Counted from the stretch's first letter, positions 48,410 to 58,487 are shown. The stretch: 64,000 nucleotides of DNA from an uncultured Thermoplasmata archaeon (GCA_963719945.1 CAVRDX010000003.1:160001-224000); one strand, 5' to 3'. Notes: a model not told the origin generated them from the letters alone. Made by a program: numbers and translations.

Positions 48410-48869
48410 CTTGGACCACGAATAACAGGATGCTCGAGAGCTCGTCGACCGGGATGAGGCCGGTTTTGACGCAGAGGACATCTCCTGTTCGTACTTTCAG
48501 GTGGCCCGAGGCCAGATCGCGTTCCTCAATGATGGATTGATTCAGCGGCTCTCCTTGCCATTCCCAGGTATGCACGGGGTCCTGTAGCTCTACTCCTATG
48601 GTGCGGCCATCCGCGCTCGCAGTCATATGTGTGTGGCAGATGTCCAGCCATATTTCCGAGCCGCCCTGAGTGCTCGGAACAGACCACGAAAGCTCACACC
48701 CGGATCCGCCCCCTCTCAGGAGCAACATCAATCTCTCCAGTGAACCGAGCATCTCGGTCAATTCATTCCCTTCATCCAAGGTCATCGAATGTCTCACGAT
48801 GCCGCCGGCGATGGTCATGAACATGAGTGCGCATATCGACATGGCTACCTTCGACACGATGAAATCCGT
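48402..48869 (-). CDS. Pilin-operon-associated hypothetical protein with N-terminal TM; apparent ACG start
   Basis: GAGGTGATCTA-ACG-GAT-TTC with the upstream TAA overlapping the ACG; (M)DFIVSKVAMSICALMF hydrophobic N-terminus. Confidence 0.6.
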   Translation of the reverse strand, partial: TDFIVSKVAMSICALMFMTIAGGIVRHSMTLDEGNELTEMLGSLERLMLLLRGGGSGCELSWSVPSTQGGSEIWLDICHTHMTASADGRTIGVELQDPVHTWEWQGEPLNQSIIEERDLASGHLKVRTGDVLCVKTGLIPVDELSSILLFVVQVT

Positions 48870-49351
48870 TAGATCACCTCTGCGATGATGTATTGCCGTC
48901 CATCGGCGACCCATCCTACCATCCTGATGGTGCAGAGTTCGGAGCAGATGTCCAGAGACCCATTTCCTTGGGTTGTTATCATTGCAGGGGGACTCGATGC
49001 TGTTCGAACTATCTGCGCTCCTGACACGAGTTCGAGAACGACGGAGCACGCGTACACTCCTCCGATGGAATCCCCTATGCTCAGGCTGTGAAGCCTCATC
49101 CGACCCTCCGATGAGAAGTCGAGATCTATTTGGTTGACGCTCCCTGGACCCTGCATAGATAATCTCTGAGCGGAAGCGATGATCTTCTCGAGCTGCAGCT
49201 CCGCCCTTATAAGGAACTCTCTGTCGCTCACAGTATTCAGAGCCTCGGTGGCTGGCACTATGGACATGGCGGCGACTATCGCCACGATCATCAACCTGAG
49301 CGGCAACGCCTCCAGAGCCCTATCATCCTCTCGGATGCGCATATCGATCAT
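48869..49351 (-). CDS. Archaeal type IV pilin-like protein
   Basis: Class III signal peptide REDDRA|LEALPLRLMIVAIVAA. Confidence 0.7.
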   Translation of the reverse strand: MIDMRIREDDRALEALPLRLMIVAIVAAMSIVPATEALNTVSDREFLIRAELQLEKIIASAQRLSMQGPGSVNQIDLDFSSEGRMRLHSLSIGDSIGGVYACSVVLELVSGAQIVRTASSPPAMITTQGNGSLDICSELCTIRMVGWVADGRQYIIAEVI

Positions 49352-49836
49352 CCCGTGATGACGGGTATCTCATAGCTGGTATCGACGCCATAATTCCCTT
49401 TGGCCACCGTGACAGTGACTGTTGTGAACCCCGATCCGAATTTCTCGAGTTTGAGCCCCAAGAACACGACCTGTCCATTGGAATCCGTCACGCCCCTCAC
49501 GGGCGAGCCGTCAGCGTTCCTTATGTTCGCGCCATCCAACATCACAGTCGCTCCTTCCAGTCGATCCCCGCCCTGGTCGGTGACGATGACGCTTATCGTA
49601 TTGTCATATGAGGTGTACAGGCCATCGCCGTCATCGTCAAAGACTATGATCTCTCCCGGGCTGACGAAGACCTCTCCGATTGCGTTCGGCGCTGCGATGG
49701 AATTCATCCACCCCATTATTATGGTCAGACCGAGCCCTGCCACAACCACCATTATCAATAGCTGCAGCGGAAGTCCTTCGATCCCACCTTCACGGTCACA
49801 TCTCAGCCTGGAAATCTTGCTCCTTGCTGCTATCAT
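49348..49836 (-). CDS. Archaeal type IV pilin-like protein with Ig/carboxypeptidase-regulatory-like domain
   Basis: Class III signal peptide RCDREG|GIEGLPLQLLIMVVVAG, then LEGATV...TDSNG. Confidence 0.7.
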   Translation of the reverse strand: MIAARSKISRLRCDREGGIEGLPLQLLIMVVVAGLGLTIIMGWMNSIAAPNAIGEVFVSPGEIIVFDDDGDGLYTSYDNTISVIVTDQGGDRLEGATVMLDGANIRNADGSPVRGVTDSNGQVVFLGLKLEKFGSGFTTVTVTVAKGNYGVDTSYEIPVITG

Positions 49837-50063
49837 GATACCAACAGGGTCCTTAGAATTCGGGATAGGGATATTCTACCTGCTTACATGTACGCTAATT
49901 GATAGTGTCCAGTATATGTCTGACCCCCTCGTTGACTTCGGTCTCATCGGTTATCAGCACTGATTCCCAGGAAAGCACCTACTTATACGCTCGGGGACGG
50001 TAGAAAACTCAGGAACGCAGACCGGCAAGAGGGGGTAAGTCTGACCTGTGCTCGGTGAGGCGT

Positions 50064-50957
50064 ATGAAGGAGCTGAAAGTAATGGAAGCGTCAAAGTGTC
50101 CGAAGTGTGGCGAAGAGCCTTTCTTCGTTGAGCACATCGAGAAATGGTACTGCTACGAGTGTAACACTTATGTCGACGGGACCGAGGAAGACCATGAACA
50201 TGCCGAGGAAGCCGTCGAGCACATAGAACCGCAGGTGGCATCTGAGACCGCCCCAGCTGTCGCACAGCCCGAACAGATGGATGGAGTCCCCGCCCGCGAG
50301 GAATTCAAGGATTACTCTGATGATTACGAAGATGAATTGGCCGCTGATCTGGCGGAGATATCCGAGGTCGAGCCTAAAGAGGCTATGATGTCAGCGATTC
50401 CGGAAGGGGTGCCTGATGTTGTGGTGCCCGCTGCGGAGCCCAAGACTGACATGACCATCAGGATGTGTACCAACTGCGGCCAACCTCTGAAGTGGATCGA
50501 AAAGTACCAGCGGCACTACTGCTACGGGTGCAAGAAATATGCGCCCAAGGAGGACAAGCCGAAGGAAGAGGCAAAGCCTGCTCCGGAGATGAAGGCGTGC
50601 CCGGATTGCGGCGGCGAACTCAAGTACATCGAGAAGTACTCTGAGTGGTACTGTCACAGCTGCAAGAAGTACCCTCTGCGCCGGAAGAAGGAGGTCGAGC
50701 AGCCCAAGCCGGCCGTGGAACAGACACCAAAGCCCTCGGGTGCCGGAATGTGCCCGAAGTGCGGCAAGCCTCTGAAATGGATCGAGAAGTACGAACGGCA
50801 CTACTGCGTTGCGTGCAAGGAATACGCGCCAAAGGCGAAGAAGACCTGTCCGACCTGTGGGGATGATATGAAGTTCATCCCTGAGTACAACGAATGGTAC
50901 TGCTATAAGTGCAAGAAGTACTCCCTTAGGCCGAGCAAGCCCATGCTTCTGCTCTGA
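50064..50957 (+). CDS. Protein with five CPxCG-x~14-YCxxC zinc-ribbon repeats
   Basis: Five repeats of C(P/T)xCG...(W/H)YCxxCxxY; acidic linker after finger 1; GGTGAGG SD. Confidence 0.85.
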   Translation: MKELKVMEASKCPKCGEEPFFVEHIEKWYCYECNTYVDGTEEDHEHAEEAVEHIEPQVASETAPAVAQPEQMDGVPAREEFKDYSDDYEDELAADLAEISEVEPKEAMMSAIPEGVPDVVVPAAEPKTDMTIRMCTNCGQPLKWIEKYQRHYCYGCKKYAPKEDKPKEEAKPAPEMKACPDCGGELKYIEKYSEWYCHSCKKYPLRRKKEVEQPKPAVEQTPKPSGAGMCPKCGKPLKWIEKYERHYCVACKEYAPKAKKTCPTCGDDMKFIPEYNEWYCYKCKKYSLRPSKPMLLL

Positions 50958-51058
50958 AGACGCACAAACCCTCAAAACTCAGGCCGGGACGGATCACTGT
51001 CCTGGTCCTTCAAACGATTTTCTAATTATTCTATTGATGATATAATAAAATGATTGAA

Positions 51059-51085
51059 GGCTCCTTGGACCGTGGTCCAAGGGCC
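51059..51085. terminator. Hairpin CCTTGGAC-cgtg-GTCCAAGG between convergent genes
   Basis: Perfect 8-bp stem flanked by AT-rich DNA. Confidence 0.65.
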
Positions 51086-51098
51086 GTTTTCTAGGTTT

Positions 51099-54000
51099 TC
51101 AGACGCTCTTCTTGCGCTTCATCAGCATCACGGCTGCACCGACAACGACAACCGCGATGAGTGCGCCCACTATCACGAGGGTCGTCGTGCTGATTCCTCC
51201 GCTCGTGTCGATGGTGAAGCTGACCGTCGCCTCAGTGGATTTCCCAGCTGCGTCCACGACTTCGATGGTGACTTCATGGTCGCCATCCTCGAGTCCCTCG
51301 AATGTGTGGGATGTCGAGGTCGTTCCGAGGCTCACGGCGGTTCCTCCGTCGATTGATATGAGGACCTGGGCTATCCCGCTCCCAGCATCAGAAGCAGTCC
51401 AAGAGACGGTCACATCCGACACATCGAACGCATCGTCCATGTTCGGTGTAGTTATGCTCAGGGTCGGCGCGATCGTGTCCATCCTTATCGTCACCGATTC
51501 GATGCATTCGTAGCCGCAAGCATCGGTGGCACATATCTCAAGAGTGTGCAACCCATCGGGCAGGCTCGAGAAGGTGTATGTCGTCGTGGTCGTTGGAACC
51601 TCTACCCACGCGGTCGAATCGTACCTTACCTCCATCACATCCAACCCTGATCCTGCATCCGCGGCTGACCATGTCACCGTGACGGAAGCGCTTCCGAATA
51701 GTGCGTTGGCGGTCGGGGACACTATCAAGATGCTAGGCATCGTGGTGTCGACCAGGAATGACACACTGGCGCTTGCAGTGTTTCCAGCTGCATCCGTCGC
51801 CATGACTTCGACCATGTGGTCTCCATCCTCCAGGTCATCGAATGTGTAGGTCGTCGCCATCGCGACATTCACCCAGCTACCTTCGTCCACACGTATGCTG
51901 TAGCCTGCAATGCCCGATCCTCCATCGCTACCTGTCCATGCGATGTCTACCGACGACTCTCCGAACTCATCGTCTGCCAAGGGCTCCGTAATGCTGACCA
52001 CCGGGTCTGTCGTATCCACGCGAACCGTCACCGAATCAGTTCCGTTGAGCTCGGCCGTATTGGTCACTTTCACGGATATCGTGTGCGATCCATCGGAGAC
52101 ACCCGTGAATACATGCGATACAGAAGTGTCTGCATCCTCCCAATCACCATCGTCTATTCGTATCTCTACGGTGGCGACATCTGACTGCGCCTCAGTGATT
52201 GTCCAGGTGACTGATACGCTAGATGAGTCAAGGGCAGCGCCTTCTTCAGGGCTACCTATGACTACCACTGGTGCGGAGGTATCGACGACTATCTCCACTG
52301 CATCACTAGCGGTTAGTCCCGCATTGTCGGTCGCCCTCACGGTGATCGTGTGGCTCCCCTGCGGAATGGCTGTGAAGCTGTAGGTCAGGTCCGTGCCGAC
52401 ATCGATCCATATCCCCGTATCAAGTCTGACCTCATACATCGCGATACCTGAACCTGTGTCGCTACCGGCCCATTCGACGACAACCGTTCCGGAACTGAAG
52501 ACATCATCGTCTTCCGGCGTCAATATCTCTACTGCAGGAGCGGTGGTGTCGACCTCAACAGACACGGAATCGGTTGCTTCCAACCCACCCATGTCGGTCG
52601 CCTTGACATACAACGTATGTGCCCCATCGCTCAGTCCGGAGAACTCGTAGCTTTTCACAGCATCATCAAGAACGATCCATGATCCGGTGTCGAGCATCAC
52701 CTGCATGTTAGCCAGACCTGAGGTCGCATCGGAAGATGTCCACACCATCGTAACGGTCGAAACCGCGAAGAGATCGTCCTCGTCAGGCGAGGTTATCGCC
52801 ACAGCCGGGCTGACCGTGTCAACAACTATCTGGACCGTCTCGGTCGTCTGCATGCTCGATAGGTCGGTCACCTTGACATATAACGTGTGGGAACCTTCGC
52901 TCAGATCGGCGAACACATAGCTGCTTTCCGTCGAATCTATCTCAGTCCAATCATCCGAATCGGCCTTGACCTCTATCGTGTCGATACCGAGTTGGACATC
53001 TGTAATGTCCCACTCCATCAGTACGGACGAATCTGTCATGACCTCACCATCTTCAGGCGACGTTATAGTGACGGTCGGAGCCTCTGTGTTGACCGTGAAC
53101 GACACCGATTCGGTAGCGTCCCAACCGGCAACGTCCGTCGCTCTAATGTAGACGGTGTGGCTACCGTCTGCGACGCTCATGAAGTCATGAGATGTGACTG
53201 TGCTCACGTCGATCCAGGACCCTGAATCGAGCATGATCTCGACCATATCGACACCTGTCCCGTCATCGCTTACCGTCCACTCTACTTCCACCGTAGTCGA
53301 AGTCACGACCTGGTCCTCAACCGGGGTGCTGATCTCAATCGTCGGAGCTTCAGTATCGACCATTATCGTCACATCGTCCTGGGCGTCCAATCCGCCAAGG
53401 TCGGTGGCTCTGACGTACAATGTGTGCGATCCCTCCGAAAGATCCGTGAACTCATAGCTGGTGTCCGCGACATCGATCTCGATCCATGACCCCGCATCCG
53501 CCTTTACCTGGAGCATGTCCAAACCTGTCTGGACATCTGTGATAGTCCACTCCAAGGTCACGCTGGATACCATGAACTGCTCGCCATCTTCTGGTGAGGT
53601 TATGGTCACCGTCGGGGCTTCCGTGTCAACTGTGAAGTTGACGGTGGCTGTCGTCGTGAGTCCCGCATTGTCCGTCGCCCTTACTTCGACTTTGTAGATG
53701 CCGTCTGCCATGCTCTCGAAGTCGTAGGTGACTACGGATCCGATGTCCTCCCAGCTACCTCCGTCGAGTCTGATGTCGAAGCCTGCCAGTCCGGAGCAGT
53801 CATCGCTCGCGGTCCATGAGACAGTGACGGTCGTATCCGCTATCACATCGTCCTCCGCGGGCGAGTCAATCACTATCGACGGTGCGACTGTATCCACGAT
53901 GGTGTATGTGTCGTTGGTGCCAGGCGCAGATTCCACACTTCCAGCTTCGTCGGTGGCGACCGAGTAGAACTCGTAGACACCGTCACCCGACAGGAGCGTC

Positions 54001-56678
54001 GTGTTGAACGCCATTGAGAACGGATCCGAATCATCGGAGTCGAATAGGATCCATCCGCCGTCATCCACCTGATAATACAGTTCGACTTCGCTGACTCCAT
54101 TAGCATCGGTGGCTGTTATGGACACAGTGAAATTCGCATCGGTCGTGTACATAGACAACTCATCGACGGCAGACTCTGGGGCCAGCGTGTCCACGCGTGT
54201 GTAGGTGTCATTGCCAGTCGGTGCGGCTTCCCTGTTGTCGGCGAAGTCTATGGCTATCGAATAGAACTCATAGAGTCCATCGCCGTTCATCTCTTCAGCA
54301 TCGAGATCGAAGGTGTACGGCGCTATGATGTCTGTGGCATTCAGAACGAACTGTCCAGTTCCACCATACCTGATCCAGAGTTCGACTCCCTTGACTCCCT
54401 CTTCATCGCTCGCGTCTACATCTACCGTGAATTCACTGACCATCGTGAACCCCGGCAGTGCAGAGACTTCCGATATGGGTGATCCCGTGTCTATCTGCAG
54501 GGCGAAGTTGCGTATGTATACACCATTCTTATCCACGGTCAGGGTCGCAGTGCCAAGGCAGTGGTCGGTCGCTGTGATCGCCAGGACCACTGTCCCAGGC
54601 GCATCTGCATCCGTTGCCACAGCCGAGTAGAACCCCTTGCTGTTAGTAGTAGTGCTGGTCAGCAGTTCTGCATCCTGCCATACCTCGACCAGCGCACCGC
54701 TGATGGGCGCGAGGGTCATGGCATCTATCACGGTCCCATTTATCATCGGGAATCGGTCGAGGGCAATATCATAGTCCTCCAAGGTAATGTTCCGTTCAAG
54801 CTGGAAATCGACCGACTCGAGATAGTGTTCGTCATCCGAGACATTCAAGGTCAGGTTTATCACTCGACCGACATCCGGTATGAACTCGTCTGGCAGATCA
54901 AACCCGTAGGATCCGTTCGATGGTGTCGTAAGACTGTCGACCACCGTGGTGCCATTGTATAGGACCACGCTCGCCCCGCCGATGTTGTTCGAATCGACGG
55001 CGTCGATCACGGATCCTTCGACGCGGGGTATGAGCATGGGGTAGTAAGTCCTCGAGACCACATCATTCATGGCGAGCGCGAGGTCAGCGGTCGTGTTTGC
55101 TATGTATCCTGTCTTCGTGACGCTCAAGGTGAAGATACCAGCAATTACCTCCATCTCGCAATATCCATCGGAGTCCGTCGTATCCGTCTTCACAAATGTC
55201 CCAGATTCGAGAGTTACTGTGAACCCCTCAAGGCCGATCAAGGTGACTGGAATGTAGACTTTGACCTGGACTATCGGTGGGTTCGGCTCCTCGATATATA
55301 TCCCCGCATAGACATCGACTCTACCGGCATTCAAAACCGGTATATCTGAATCATAGAGTGGATCGCCGACTGCGAAATCAGGAGCGTTATCGGAGAGTAT
55401 GTTTCCACCAACCACGACTGAACAACCGAACCAACCCGCTCCCTCGCTGGGGTCTAGGATTATATCCTCTTCGCTATCCAGGCTTTCGGCCCCAAAGTAT
55501 GCGTAGGCTCTGCCATCACCCGACGAGGCCAACTTGCTGAATGGTGCACCTACCAGGAGATCGGCATATCCATCTCCTCTGAAATCTCCGGAAGCAATGG
55601 AATAGCCCAATCCCTCTCCGCTGCTACCATCGATGGTCATGCTGACATCCCCTCTGAATCTGGAATCTCCCAGCAATATGTAGACAGATCCAGCATTCGT
55701 GCCACCATCATCACCGTAGGGCGCCCCGATTGCGATATCATCGAATGCGTCGTTGTTGATATCTTGAATCATGCAGACGCTGAATCCAAACATGTCGCCA
55801 GCCTTCTCTCCCTGCACAACGGTCGTGGTCGGGCTGGTCTTTACGATGTTCCGTATGATGTAGGCTGCACCTGTGGTTGAGCCACCGGATTTGTATCCTG
55901 GTGCTCCAACGACCATGTCGAGGGAACCGTCGCTATCGACGCTGCCTCCGCCGGAGACGGACCATCCATATCGCGCGTCTGCGACTGTGCCTGTGAATGT
56001 CTTATCTGGTGTAGTATCCATCGATGCTCCGCCATAGAATACCCTGACCAATCCGGCATCCTCAAGTCCACTCGGGTCTGCGAATGGCGCGCCTACGATG
56101 AGATCATCATATTCATCAACATTGATCCTGCCTCCAGCACCAAGCGAGTATCCCAGCTGGTTGCCGATGCTCGAACCATGTATCCATATGTCAGGAGTAC
56201 CGTCGAATCCAGAACCGCCATAGAATATGGCAACGCTTCCAGAATCCTCTCCTCCATTATCTGCGAATGGTGCGCCGACTGCAAGATCATCAATGCTGTC
56301 ACCATTCAGGTCACCTACGTTGGCGACCGCCCATCCGAACATGTCTCCTTCGCTGGTTCCATCGATGATCAATGTCACCTTCATCGGCTCGTCATCCTTT
56401 GACATATTGACAATCACTGACCCTGAGTATCCTAGGTCATCTGAATTGTTCAAAGGCGCTCCAATGATCAGGTCATCGATATTGTCGTTGTTGATATCGA
56501 TTATCGCGATCGATTTGCCGAAGTTGGAACCAGTCCACTCACCGATGACAAATTTTTCCGGTGATTGAGTGGTTGCTCCTATGCCAGTGTTCGATACGAA
56601 CATTATGGCGGCGGTCGAAAAAAGCAGGCAGAAAACTATCCCTAGCGTGGGCAATATCTTATTGGATTCCCGATTCAT
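51099..56678 (-). CDS. Large cell-surface protein: 7 FG-GAP (integrin-alpha-like) blades, ~3 carboxypeptidase-regulatory-like domains, ~12 Ig-like repeats, C-terminal TM
   Basis: Signal peptide; seven FG..GAP/GDP repeats with DxNxD loops; VDTxAP-delimited ~90-100 aa repeats; TM followed by KRKK. Confidence 0.92.
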   Translation of the reverse strand: MNRESNKILPTLGIVFCLLFSTAAIMFVSNTGIGATTQSPEKFVIGEWTGSNFGKSIAIIDINNDNIDDLIIGAPLNNSDDLGYSGSVIVNMSKDDEPMKVTLIIDGTSEGDMFGWAVANVGDLNGDSIDDLAVGAPFADNGGEDSGSVAIFYGGSGFDGTPDIWIHGSSIGNQLGYSLGAGGRINVDEYDDLIVGAPFADPSGLEDAGLVRVFYGGASMDTTPDKTFTGTVADARYGWSVSGGGSVDSDGSLDMVVGAPGYKSGGSTTGAAYIIRNIVKTSPTTTVVQGEKAGDMFGFSVCMIQDINNDAFDDIAIGAPYGDDGGTNAGSVYILLGDSRFRGDVSMTIDGSSGEGLGYSIASGDFRGDGYADLLVGAPFSKLASSGDGRAYAYFGAESLDSEEDIILDPSEGAGWFGCSVVVGGNILSDNAPDFAVGDPLYDSDIPVLNAGRVDVYAGIYIEEPNPPIVQVKVYIPVTLIGLEGFTVTLESGTFVKTDTTDSDGYCEMEVIAGIFTLSVTKTGYIANTTADLALAMNDVVSRTYYPMLIPRVEGSVIDAVDSNNIGGASVVLYNGTTVVDSLTTPSNGSYGFDLPDEFIPDVGRVINLTLNVSDDEHYLESVDFQLERNITLEDYDIALDRFPMINGTVIDAMTLAPISGALVEVWQDAELLTSTTTNSKGFYSAVATDADAPGTVVLAITATDHCLGTATLTVDKNGVYIRNFALQIDTGSPISEVSALPGFTMVSEFTVDVDASDEEGVKGVELWIRYGGTGQFVLNATDIIAPYTFDLDAEEMNGDGLYEFYSIAIDFADNREAAPTGNDTYTRVDTLAPESAVDELSMYTTDANFTVSITATDANGVSEVELYYQVDDGGWILFDSDDSDPFSMAFNTTLLSGDGVYEFYSVATDEAGSVESAPGTNDTYTIVDTVAPSIVIDSPAEDDVIADTTVTVSWTASDDCSGLAGFDIRLDGGSWEDIGSVVTYDFESMADGIYKVEVRATDNAGLTTTATVNFTVDTEAPTVTITSPEDGEQFMVSSVTLEWTITDVQTGLDMLQVKADAGSWIEIDVADTSYEFTDLSEGSHTLYVRATDLGGLDAQDDVTIMVDTEAPTIEISTPVEDQVVTSTTVEVEWTVSDDGTGVDMVEIMLDSGSWIDVSTVTSHDFMSVADGSHTVYIRATDVAGWDATESVSFTVNTEAPTVTITSPEDGEVMTDSSVLMEWDITDVQLGIDTIEVKADSDDWTEIDSTESSYVFADLSEGSHTLYVKVTDLSSMQTTETVQIVVDTVSPAVAITSPDEDDLFAVSTVTMVWTSSDATSGLANMQVMLDTGSWIVLDDAVKSYEFSGLSDGAHTLYVKATDMGGLEATDSVSVEVDTTAPAVEILTPEDDDVFSSGTVVVEWAGSDTGSGIAMYEVRLDTGIWIDVGTDLTYSFTAIPQGSHTITVRATDNAGLTASDAVEIVVDTSAPVVVIGSPEEGAALDSSSVSVTWTITEAQSDVATVEIRIDDGDWEDADTSVSHVFTGVSDGSHTISVKVTNTAELNGTDSVTVRVDTTDPVVSITEPLADDEFGESSVDIAWTGSDGGSGIAGYSIRVDEGSWVNVAMATTYTFDDLEDGDHMVEVMATDAAGNTASASVSFLVDTTMPSILIVSPTANALFGSASVTVTWSAADAGSGLDVMEVRYDSTAWVEVPTTTTTYTFSSLPDGLHTLEICATDACGYECIESVTIRMDTIAPTLSITTPNMDDAFDVSDVTVSWTASDAGSGIAQVLISIDGGTAVSLGTTSTSHTFEGLEDGDHEVTIEVVDAAGKSTEATVSFTIDTSGGISTTTLVIVGALIAVVVVGAAVMLMKRKKSV

Positions 56679-56691
56679 TTCCCCTCACCCT

Positions 56692-56709
56692 CTGTGTGTT
56701 AACACACAG
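56692..56709. promoter_or_regulatory. Perfect 18-bp palindrome CTGTGTGTTAACACACAG upstream of the adhesin SD
   Basis: Read directly from the sequence; function inferred from position. Confidence 0.5.
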
Positions 56710-56930
56710 CGTAATTGAGATTTGAAATCGCTGGACGCTATATTAATATTTTTATGGCAATCCATTGTATTAAGAATAATTATTGGTCATATCTGCCAAC
56801 TATTTACGTGCTAATGGTGGCAATTATCAAATCAAATTGTAAAAACATAATTATGTGTCTACACTTATGCTCGAAGTTGGCGCAAAAGAGATTAGGTGCA
56901 GCTTTCACTCATGTTCCAGAAGAATCGAAG

Positions 56931-57003
56931 AGCCACCGGGGAGATTCGAACTCCCGACCTGCTGATTACAAGTCAGCTGCTCTTCCAGCTGAGCTACGGT
57001 GGC
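56931..57003 (-). tRNA. tRNA-Thr(TGT)
   Basis: GCCACCG/CGGTGGC acceptor stem, GCTGA-CTTGTAA-TCAGC anticodon arm, GTTCGAATC T loop. Confidence 0.97.
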
Positions 57004-57208
57004 ATGCGTGAGGGTTGCTGAGTATTGATGCGAAGCACATATAGCTTTTGACGGCTCAGGAACAGCGGGCTTTTTTCAGTAACCGACCATTATCGCAAAC
57101 GACCCTGATTCACTTGCCAGGACTGGAGATGCATCGTTCGAAATATGCATAACCTTTAAATCATGGCTAAGTATCCGCAAGAGGTGCGCATAGAGCGGTG
57201 AGAATCCC

Positions 57209-58069
57209 ATGACCGAGAAAGAAGGTGCGGAGAAGCACCACGGTAAGGACGACAAGAAGCATGTTTCCGAGTCAAAGATCAGCCCTGGAGATATCGTACT
57301 CGCAGAATTCGACGCTTGGATACAGGATACAGGCGAGTTATTCGACACTACCAGTGAGACCGTTGCCAGGGAGAACAAGATCTACAATGAGAAGATGGTC
57401 TACGGCGCTCAACCACTCATGGTCGGAAAGAGCAGATTGTTCCCTGGCCTCGATGAGCACATGTTGACTGCCGAGATCGGCAAAGAATACGAGATCACGA
57501 TACCACCTGAGAACGCTGCTGGCCCGAGGGATGCCAAGCTCGTGGAACTTCACCCAGTGCGTGAATTCCTGAAGCAAGAGATCGAGCCACAGGTCGGGCT
57601 CGAGGTGACTGTCAGGAATCGCTCCGGTACAATAACCGCGGTGACAGCTGGGAGAGTCAGAGTGGACTTCAACAACAGACTAGCTGGAAAGACCCTTAGA
57701 TACAAGTACAAGATCACGGAGAAGCCTTCGAAGCCGAAGGAGGTCGTCGAACTGGTTCTGAAGATGTCATATGGTACATCCGAAGGATTCGACATCGAGC
57801 ACCATGGCAAGGATTACAAGCTCAAGTTGCCAGATGCCTGTAAGTACGATCAGAAGTGGATCCTGAGCAAGTACAGAATAGTTACCGATCTCAGGGACGC
57901 CCTGGATGCAGAAACGGTCGCCTTCATCGAAGAGTACACCAAGCCCGAGAAGAAGGAGGAACCAAAGGTCGAGGCGAAGAAAGACGCCGTCAAGGAGACT
58001 CCGAAGGAAGATGTCAAGGGCGAGGACAAGGCTCCAGAGGAATTGACCGAGGCAGACAGGAAGGGGTAA
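57209..58069 (+). CDS. FKBP-type peptidyl-prolyl isomerase (long archaeal SlyD-like)
   Basis: LFDTT, LFPGLDE, IPPE.A.G.RD, VDFNNRLAGKTL. Confidence 0.9.
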   Translation: MTEKEGAEKHHGKDDKKHVSESKISPGDIVLAEFDAWIQDTGELFDTTSETVARENKIYNEKMVYGAQPLMVGKSRLFPGLDEHMLTAEIGKEYEITIPPENAAGPRDAKLVELHPVREFLKQEIEPQVGLEVTVRNRSGTITAVTAGRVRVDFNNRLAGKTLRYKYKITEKPSKPKEVVELVLKMSYGTSEGFDIEHHGKDYKLKLPDACKYDQKWILSKYRIVTDLRDALDAETVAFIEEYTKPEKKEEPKVEAKKDAVKETPKEDVKGEDKAPEELTEADRKG

Positions 58070-58128
58070 TCCTTCCTGGAGCAAACCTTTTCTATTTCGC
58101 AAACCTGTTATTTTCAATATCCCATCAC

Positions 58129-58203
58129 GGGCGCGTGGCCTAGTCAGGATATGGCACTTGCCTCCTAAGCAAGTGGTCAAGGGTTCGAATCCCTTCGCGC
58201 CCG
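58129..58203 (+). tRNA. tRNA-Arg(CCT)
   Basis: GGGCGCG/CGCGCCC acceptor stem, CTTGC-CTCCTAA-GCAAG anticodon arm, GGTTCGAATCC. Confidence 0.97.
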
Positions 58204-58487
58204 CTTTCCTTTCGTCAACTTCTACGACAATCAGCATGCAATAAGACTCGAATCAAGGGTGTTGGCTATCGGTCATTCCTGAGCGGTCCGCAGCGATATG
58301 ATTAATATTCGTAAAGACAATGCTGTACTGCACTTGGAGTACACAACTCCGGGACAAACAAATGCGTGTTGGGCATTTAGGTCACACTCTTTATTGTCAA
58401 CTGTAAGCATCGCTGCGATGTCAAGTGATCAGTTCGGAGTTCCTGCCTCGTGCCTTATCTGTCTGATTGGTGTCGCGAGGAGAAACC

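Noticed and set aside
49954-50063. Possible structured leader (CAGAC...GTCTG) before the Zn-ribbon gene
   Set aside because: The pairing is too short to distinguish from chance.
51112-55540. Series of similar plus-strand ORFs opposite the adhesin
   Set aside because: Antisense reflections of the Ig repeats, not independent genes.
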